A stretch of DNA of 19,740 nucleotides, taken from the NCBI GenBank assembly GCA_024626585.2, contig JANKJI020000002.1, positions 18,883,297-18,903,036 of the forward strand, in the 5' to 3' direction. The notes below the pieces were generated by a model. The model saw only the letters and a list, made by a program, of their open reading frames with translations, ran no database searches and had not been told where the DNA came from. Each line of letters starts with the position of its first letter. Positions within the stretch are counted from its first letter, which is position 1. Source of the DNA: Ginkgo biloba. Lineage: Eukaryota; Plantae; Ginkgophyta. This document shows, in pieces, positions 12,580-19,740 of this stretch. The position numbers and the translations under genes were made by a program.

Positions 12580-12722
12580 AATTATGCCACAGTCTATGGT
12601 CACACCACGATTAACAAATTTGCAGTTATGCCATAGTCACACCACATTCTATGGTCACACTATGGTCACACCATAGTCACTCCATATCTATGATCATGCC
12701 ACAATCATGCCATATCTATAGT
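12580..12722. repeat. Degenerate ~11-bp minisatellite (at[ga]gtcacacc-like)
   Basis: Repeated tatggtcacacca, catagtcacacca, tatggtcacac, catagtcactcca and atcatgcca within ~140 bp. Confidence 0.7.
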
Positions 12723-12770
12723 ATGGATGGATCTAAACTAGAGGAACTATTTGAGTTAATTTTACTAAAT

Positions 12771-13073
12771 AGACCTTATTCCAACCTTGATCCCCTTTCT
12801 TTCCTTTATCAGAAAATCTACAACAGTTGGTTATCTCATGGAAGAGAGGGAAACGTCTTCCTTCCTTAAAACTTATGCTGGCATCAATCTCCTATCTCTC
12901 CTTTATTATGAATTTTGTATCAATTGGTTATCTTAGGGAAGGGAGGGCAACCTCTTATCTCCTTAGGCCTTACACCAATGTTGATCCCCTAACTCCCCTT
13001 CATTATGAAGTCTACAATAATTGGCTATCTCAAGGAAGGGAGGGAAACATCTTACCTCTGTAGACCTTATGCC
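12771..13073. repeat. Tandem array of 3 diverged 97-bp units, probably in the 3' UTR of an LTR retrotransposon
   Basis: Anchor ttgg[tc]tatct at 12827, 12924 and 13021 (97-bp period), each followed by ggaag[ag]gaggg[ac]aac. A partial fourth start (agaccttatgcc) occurs at ~13062. Confidence 0.9.
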
Positions 13074-13136
13074 ATGTGTATAATCTTCAACATCCTTCAT
13101 AAGACGTTAAAAGTTACACATACATCGCAAGGCCTA

Positions 13137-13340
13137 CAAAGAGGAGGCAAATGTCAAAATCATAGGAAAAGGCTCTTATAGTTGCCCACAAATATCGCAG
13201 GGAAGGGAGAGGAGAAGGAGGTGATAATCAAAACACAACACAGAATACTAGTGATGCACATAACACTATTGTTATTGAAGAGGTATATGTTAATATTTTT
13301 TCATGTAGTAACATCGCTAAACTCTTAACGTTTTTTCCCA
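13137..13340 (+). mobile_element. Putative PPT (caaagaggaggcaaa) and LTR start (TGTCAAAATC at 13152) of a Tat-like Gypsy element
   Basis: Purine tract directly followed by TG, downstream of tandem arrays as in Tat/Ogre 3' UTRs. The LTR end is hidden by a gap. Confidence 0.5.
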
Positions 13341-14859
13341 NNNNNNNNNNNNNNNNNNNNNNNNNNNNNNNNNNNNNNNNNNNNNNNNNNNNNNNNNNNN
13401 NNNNNNNNNNNNNNNNNNNNNNNNNNNNNNNNNNNNNNNNCTAACAAATAGGCCTATATTTAAGATATGTGTATATCTGAAAACAAATTAAGTTAGTATA
13501 TATACTAAGCATCTCATCATAGGTCCATGAAACTATGTCTTAGATTCTTGATAGAGGGACTTAAATTAATCCTCCTCTTAAGGAGTACAATTAGCTCCAA
13601 TAAGTATCTCTTCTGGTGTATCTAACCTAGAAATATTGATGGTGTGAGTCTTACTAATGTTCATAAGATTTTCTTATTTGAATATATTAGGAGAAATAAG
13701 GAATATGCCCTCATTAATGGAGATTTATAATGTTATAACATTACTATTATCCACATGTAAACTTTATTTGTAATTTTATGACTCATAGAAAGGAAAATAA
13801 TAGGCTAATTCACCTTTAGGGGATAAATATTATATTTTTCCATATTTATGATGAAATTTACCCTTAGGATATTTGGTTCCTATACATGAAATATAAAATT
13901 GGTTCATCATTATCAAAGACATAGAGAATGCGTTTTTGGTTTACATAAATAAATATGAATGTAGAATAATTGGAATATTTAAGAGGACTTATTAGAAAGT
14001 CACAACCTAGAAATTCTAATCTTGTAGGAAACTATGCAAGTTGAGGTCCAATATCAAGAGATGTTTTATCTATAGATGGTGGATATTCCATTAGCATAGA
14101 GGGAGTAGACATAAATATAAGTGGATTAAAATCCACTTGAGGGACCAATGTATCCAAAGATTGGGAGGAGGATCTATATAAATTATTCTTATCATACTTG
14201 GAGTAATATAACTACATGGTGTATCCATTCAAGGATTAATAAATAGATATAATGTGGACATGGATACCCTCATGTGGGTAATCCAATCAATACCTTTAAT
14301 TCTATTAAACTATAGGTAATTTTCAGTAACCTCTACATTAATATAAATTATTTTACCCTCAAATATGATTGATAATTCATGGAGGGTATGAGTCAAAGGG
14401 ATTGAGGAATTATTCTATAAATGTAAAATATAAGAACTATGGTTTATATTTTAAAACCTTGAATTAATAAAAATAGAGTCAGGAATAATGCAGATGATTA
14501 TACTTCATGAAAAATACATNNNNNNNNNNNNNNNNNNNNNNNNNNNNNNNNNNNNNNNNNNNNNNNNNNNNNNNNNNNNNNNNNNNNNNNNNNNNNNNNN
14601 NNNNNNNNNNNNNNNNNNNCATATTTAGTCTCCCTTTCACTGATAAATAACACTCACCTATTATGCTTCCTAATCTAGTTATCAACTAGTCTCTCTTAGT
14701 GAATTAAGTAAACTATCCTATAGCACTAGTAACATTTTCTTGGTCACAACCCAGTCAACACCACCACATCTATATTATTTGATATTGTCCCATATTTTAT
14801 AATGAACTCTTATATTCTCGTTCCACCTCCACTCTAGGTTATTTTCCATCTAGTCCTAA

Positions 14860-17594
14860 TCAATTCAAGGAAGGAAATCTCATGGAAATTGATCTATCTA
14901 TTAATGTTAATTTGAATATTGCCTCCACTTCTATGATTATAAAAATTTGGGGTTACTACCTCTCCCTATGAGATTGATAAATTCACCAAACTATACCATG
15001 AGCTCTCTAATATGTCCCCTTAGGAATACTTAGACATGAAAGGGATGAATCCCATTGTAATATTGTATAATACCAGTATCAACCAAGGCACCAAACATAT
15101 ATGTCAGCATTAATACCCTATCAATATTAAAATCTTATCTACCATAAAATAAGAAGTCAATAAATTAACTAAGGTTATCTTTATTATGCTCATGANNNNN
15201 NNNNNNNNNNNNNNNNNNNNNNNNNNNNNNNNNNNNNNNNNNNNNNNNTACATGTATCTACATAAAATTTTATAATAGAAATTATGCTTGCCCCAAAGAC
15301 AACATCATATTTCCTTTTATTAATAAAATTCTTAATTAGATAGTATGATTCAATATTATTTCCCTTATGGATGGGTTCTTTATCTATAACGAGATATTCA
15401 TTAATATCGAGGAATTCCATAAGACCTTGTTCACTACCCTTTGGGGACATTTTCTTATAAGGTCATGTCTTTCAAACTTAAAATGTAGGTGCTACCTATA
15501 AAAGGATGATGACATTTTTCTTACAGGATATAATTAATTAAATTATTTAGGATTATATTAATAATCTCATAAGGTTTTCCCACAGACAATGGGACATATT
15601 AATAATCTTTGAGTCATATTTCAATGGTATCATAGATATTGATGGAGTCATAATCATAAGTGTATCTTCCTAGTTTTATTTAGGAATATTCTTAGGCATC
15701 TAGTCTCCCTTAAATGATCTTGAACTAGATAATATTAATGTTATTGTTGAGATTCCTTCACCTCAAACTCAAAAGGAGATCAACTCATTTTTGGAAAAAA
15801 TAGGCTACTTATACAGATTTATTATTGAATTCACATTGAAAGCCAATCCTCTAAGAAACTTTCTAAATAAATATGTCTTTCCATTAGTTTCCATAAGTTG
15901 ATAAAACATTTAATAAAATGAAGGAGGCTCTCACCTTTTCCCCCATTTTAATACCACCCTCATTCGATGAAATATTCATACTCTATACTTTCACAACTAA
16001 TTTATGCCTCAAGGGCATGTTATCCTAAAATGATGATAGAAGGAAGGAATAAGCTATGTACTTTATTAGAAGGACTTTGGTTAGGTATGAACTTAATTAT
16101 TTTCTCATTGAAAAATAATTATTGGACATAGCCTTTGCGATTAAGAATTTATGCCAATACTTACTTAATTCCCACATAGACATATACACTTAATCAAATA
16201 TGCTCCCATATCTATTTTCCAAGCCCAATCATATTGGAATAGTTGGGAGGTGGGTCATCCTCCTCTAATAATTTGATTTTACTATCATTAAATAGAAATC
16301 CAAGAATGGGGTGGTTATCACTTAACATATGGTAAATCTACCTCTTCCTAATGGCAAGAACAAACGCATAGATGATTCCTTACCAAATGAGAATATTTTC
16401 TATGTTAACTATCAAGACATTTCCAAACGTGAATGGTATAAAGATATCATCTCCTATCTTAAATATCAAGATTTCCCACAAGCAGCCTCTTTAAAATAAA
16501 AGAAATAAATCCATGCCACTACATGTGAATATGTGATTCTTAGTAATACCCTTTATAATAGGTCCTTCAACAAAATCCTTTTTCTATGCCTTACTACCAC
16601 ATAAGATCAAAATGTATTATTTAAGTCTCATAAAATAATCTATGGGGGGAATTTTGGGGGGGAAACCTACTACCCTAAGGATTCTTTGAATAGGATACTA
16701 CTTGTTAATTGTATTTTTGGATGTGCATGACTACATTAGCATGTGCCATAATTATTAAGAGAACTCACGTCTATTTCACACAACTATATAATCTCTTCAA
16801 AATATCTCCTCTATGTGGCCATTTTCAAAATGGTGATTGGACCTTATTAGTTCCATTAACCCCCCAATATTTAAATCAACATAAGTTTATCCTTATAACC
16901 ATTGAATATTTCACCAAGTGGGTGATCCCACTTGCTCATTTAGATGGACATACCATATTTATGTTAATATTCAATCAAATTATATATCATTTTTGTATAC
17001 CTAATGTTATCATAATCGATAATAGAAAATCTTTTTGTAAAAAACACATGGATAAAGTTTGTTAAAATTTCTAAACTACACATCAATATTTTGCTCCATA
17101 TTACCCATAAGTGAATAGTTAAGATGAGGCCTTTAATAAGACCTTAATTAATATTTTGGAATAAAATATTAACCAATTTGCATATGAATTCTATATCTAA
17201 TTATTCCTAGTATTATAGGAATACCAAACATCCATATGCATTCCTAATAGAATGACCTCCTATTAATTCATTTATGGGGCAAAACCAATCCTCCCCCTCA
17301 AAGTTAAATTCCCATCCCTTAAAAACTAAATGAAAAATTTAAAAGATGATAATTTTATAAATTCTTTATTGGTTGAACTCAATCATCTTGATGATAAGAG
17401 ACTCATTCCCCACCTATGCTTGGAATATTATAGGAATATAATCCATATTACCTATGATAAAAATGCTAGGAAACAAAAATTCCTAGTAGGAGACATGGTA
17501 CTTAAACTAGTCTACCTATTTGAAAAAAACGAAAAATCCTGTCCCTAAATGGTTAGGACCATTTCTCATCCTTGAGGATTTATAAAATGGATCC
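14860..17594 (+). mobile_element. Decayed Ty3/Gypsy (non-chromovirus, Athila/Tat group) pol: RT, RNase H, integrase, GPY/F module
   Basis: Pre-RT: EYLDMKGMNP..KHICQH..IK*EVNKL. RT: NYACPKDN..FPFI, SLMDGFFIYNEI..KTLFTTLWG, VGATYKRMM. RNase H: FILYT..ELNY..IEK, GRWVILL**FDF. Linker: DDSLPNENIF..WYKDIISYL. Integrase: HKFILITIEYFTKWV, IIYHFCIPNVIIIDN, PYYP*VNS*DEAFNKTLINIL. C-terminus: FLVGDMVLK..PKWLGPF. The element may extend upstream to ~13540. Confidence 0.92.
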
Positions 17595-17694
17595 NNNNNN
17601 NNNNNNNNNNNNNNNNNNNNNNNNNNNNNNNNNNNNNNNNNNNNNNNNNNNNNNNNNNNNNNNNNNNNNNNNNNNNNNNNNNNNNNNNNNNNNN
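17595..17694. other. 100-N assembly gap (likely unsized) separating the TE field from the gene
   Basis: Exactly 100 Ns, with an abrupt change from AT-rich CpG-poor TE DNA to GC-richer coding DNA. The true distance is unknown. Confidence 0.85.
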
Positions 17695-17695
17695 A

Positions 17696-19636
17696 GCCCG
17701 GTCTACATGTCTAGAGAACAATCCCTGTGGTTTGGTTGTAGCTAAGTCGGGTGGGTTGATTCTGGATTCTGGAGGGAGAATAGGAAGAGGTTCTCAACTT
17801 CCTAATCAAATCTTTAGCGATTTCCCTGCAAGAGGTCATATGAGGTGTTTTGGTTATCCCAATCAAGCCCTGAATTTGGTTGATCAAGGAGCCCAAACCA
17901 GGTTTCACATGGGCGCAGCAAATGTAAAAGGCCACGAATATGCGAAAAAGTCACCAGTAGAAGATCAGGGGCTTTCTTCAAAGGAAGAATTCCATTGCCA
18001 AGAGCGGAAGTTACATGAATTTCCCCAGCTTCCCGTGCCTAGTATCTCTTCTCTAAAGGATCCTCGTTTACCTGCCTCGGGGTCAGGGGTATTTGATCTG
18101 CGGTTCTCTCCGCAGGATGATGTTCAGAAACACTGGCAGAACTCGTTTCTTAGGCCCTCAGAATTCAATGTCAGAACGCCAAACAGCCAGGACGTCTCTC
18201 ATCATGCACAAGAGTACAATGGAAGGGGTTTCCTTTTGCCCCCAAAGAACATCGTAGCCGGTGCCAAGCGAGGTTTCTCAGACGCCCTGGGCGCCGGTCC
18301 GGGGTCTAATGAAGAGAGGGCGAGTTTAATGCCTGCAACTAGTGTTTCTGGTGTTGGAGCCACCACGGAAATGGAGTCCAAAGTTTCAAGCCAACAGCAG
18401 CTGCAGAAACCTGCCCAGGCTCCAACTTTCATGTACCCTTGGCCTGGTGGTTCACAATTTGCGCCAAATACCTGGCAAATGAATTGGGAGCAGCAAGCCA
18501 AAGGGGCTTTTGGACAGTTGGCCGGTCACATGCCGGCCCGAGGTCCATTGGCTAACGGACTGCCAGGAGATGGGAGGAACAATTGCATTGCGGAGCAAGT
18601 ATCTGCCCCCAATTCTCAAACCATGGTTAAACCTCTTCACGAGAGCTTCAAGTTGCCTTCTGCACTCGCAACCTCCGAAAAGAAGCAGAACCCAGTTGAA
18701 CATGGAACTACACCAAAAGATAATGGAGCTTCTGCCGAATCAAGGTTTGTTGCCAGTATTAAATATGTTTTTCCTCCAAAGAAATCCACTATTAGTCATG
18801 ATGCTTAGCGATTATGCTGCCGATTAACTGTTGTAGGCGATTTGTTCTTTTAATTTTGCATTCAGTGACGAGCATATATTTATTTATTTCTNNNNNNNNN
18901 NNNNNNNNNNNNNNNNNNNNNTCCCTGCATAGAGTAACTAGGATATGGTTCTGTGATTACAGAGCTCCCCAGGTTGTAGGATGGCCTCCTGTCCGTTCCT
19001 TCAGAAAGAATCTGGCTTCTCAGCCCAAAGTAGCCACTCAAATTCAAGTGAACGCCTCTGGCGATCCGTCTGATTCTGCTGATCCCGGATTGAGTAAGCC
19101 CAATACCATGTTCGTGAAGGTGAATGTAGATGGCATTCCTATTGGGCGTAAGATCGACCTGAAGGCGTATGATAGCTACGAGAAACTCTCTCTAGCTCTG
19201 GATGAAATGTTCCCAGGGTCTATCAATGGTTCGTTTTCCGCTAAGCTGCGTATTTGGTTTCTTTCCTGTTTGAGTTCAAGGAAGTTACGTTGGAATAGTT
19301 TATTTGTTCATTTCTCTTCCTTTTCCAGCTGCAAACCTTTCATCTGAAGCTAATCAGCCAAGTCTATTGAACGGAAGTGACTACGTCTTTGTCTACGAGG
19401 ATAATGAAGGAGACCGTATGCTTGTTGGAGACGTTCCTTGGGAGTAAGCCCATATTTCCACCCCAAGACAACAATTTTTTATTTTTTTCAGAGTTGGTGT
19501 TTTGCTCTGCTTTGTCCTTAGTTATATAGCCATGGCTTGTATACATTTGATGAACCCAAACAAAGCGTTTGCAGGATGTTTGTGAGTACTGTGAAGAGGT
19601 TACGCGTTATGAAGGGCGCAGATGCTCGTAGCCTAG
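17696..19636 (+). CDS. IAA: Aux/IAA auxin-responsive transcriptional repressor/co-receptor, long-N-terminus type; partial (start uncertain, last exon beyond window). Exons: <17696 or 17840..18744, 18963..19228, 19329..19443, 19575..19636
   Basis: KR motif [10 protein letters not shown] (18260-); domain II degron [14 protein letters not shown]; PB1 domain [38 protein letters not shown]; domain [37 protein letters not shown]. The GT-AG introns join in frame (phases 2,1,2) at positions typical of Aux/IAA genes. About 449 aa are visible from ATG 17840. Confidence 0.95.
17840..18744 (+). CDS. IAA: Aux/IAA exon 1 (long N-terminal region, degenerate domain I, KR motif)
   Basis: The frame is open from the gap edge (17696), with the first in-frame ATG at 17840. 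Donor TCAAG|GTTTGT at 18744/18745 is phase 2, compatible with the acceptor at 18962. Confidence 0.8.
18963..19228 (+). CDS. IAA: Aux/IAA exon 2 (degron and PB1 N-half)
   Basis: Acceptor ttacag|A completes AGA(R), then [16 protein letters not shown]...DEMFPGSIN. Donor ATG|GTTCGT. Confidence 0.92.
19329..19443 (+). CDS. IAA: Aux/IAA exon 3 (PB1 acidic OPCA face)
   Basis: Polypyrimidine tract ttctcttccttttccag|CT, then [38 protein letters not shown]. Donor GA|GTAAGC. Confidence 0.93.
19575..19636 (+). CDS. IAA: Aux/IAA exon 4 (end of domain IV, basic NLS)
   Basis: Acceptor tttgcag|G completes GAG(E), then [20 protein letters not shown]. Donor AG|GTGCGT is followed by T-rich intron-like DNA. 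Confidence 0.9.
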
Positions 19637-19740
19637 GTGCGTTCATAAATTTATCCTATGCTTGCATTTACCTGATGTTAAAATGTGTTGTTATGTCTTT
19701 ATTTTTGACAATCATAATTTTATGTTGTTATGTCTTTATT

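Noticed and set aside
12771-13073. 97-bp units as CRISPR-like repeats, hammerhead ribozymes or repeated peptides
   Set aside because: No unique spacers and no cas genes; GAAAC is present but there is no CTGANGA core; the period is not a multiple of 3 and copy 2 has an internal stop.
17330-17740. Retrotransposon directly abutting or supplying the promoter of the Aux/IAA gene
   Set aside because: The junction is a 100-N gap of unknown size, so adjacency cannot be claimed.
18202-18827. Overlapping ORFs 18202-18501(-), 18452-18703(-), 18510-18827(+), also 17711-17935(-)
   Set aside because: Short shadow frames of the GC-richer Aux/IAA exon 1, with no recognisable motifs.
18745-19347. ORFs 17732-18808 and 18814-19347 read as two separate genes
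   Set aside because: Phase-compatible GT-AG sites join them into one Aux/IAA. The extra hydrophobic residues are intron read-through.
19637-19740. Stop-free hydrophobic extension after exon 4 that could look like a membrane anchor
   Set aside because: It begins at a donor site (AG|GTGCGT) in the usual Aux/IAA intron position, and T-rich introns translate as hydrophobic residues. The 18-bp duplication tgttgttatgtctttatt (19686, 19723) is ordinary intronic slippage.

Overview
Eukaryotic, intron-containing plant genomic DNA from a gapped draft assembly. The long Aux/IAA type and the TE families suggest a non-flowering vascular plant (gymnosperm, fern or lycophyte), but this is inference only. 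Bases ~1-17594 are AT-rich and CpG-poor, made of heavily decayed retroelements with no intact ORFs. They comprise an RTE/RTEX-like LINE with an (ATTC)-type tail, an L1 zf-RVT fragment, two non-chromovirus (Athila/Tat-group) Ty3/Gypsy pol remnants, a Reina-like chromovirus gag-pol, PPT-LTR junctions, 131-bp, 97-bp and ~11-bp tandem arrays, and a ~638-bp-spaced direct repeat. After a 100-N gap, 17695-19740 is GC-richer and holds an apparently intact + strand Aux/IAA auxin co-receptor/repressor gene. Four exons are visible with phase-consistent GT-AG introns, and the last exon lies beyond the window. The degron ([12 protein letters not shown]) and the two-faced PB1 domain are canonical, but the N-terminus is very long and the domain I/EAR motif looks degenerate (DLRFSPQ). 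I see no strong evidence of a wholly new biological system. The best leads are the atypical Aux/IAA and the TE-embedded tandem arrays.
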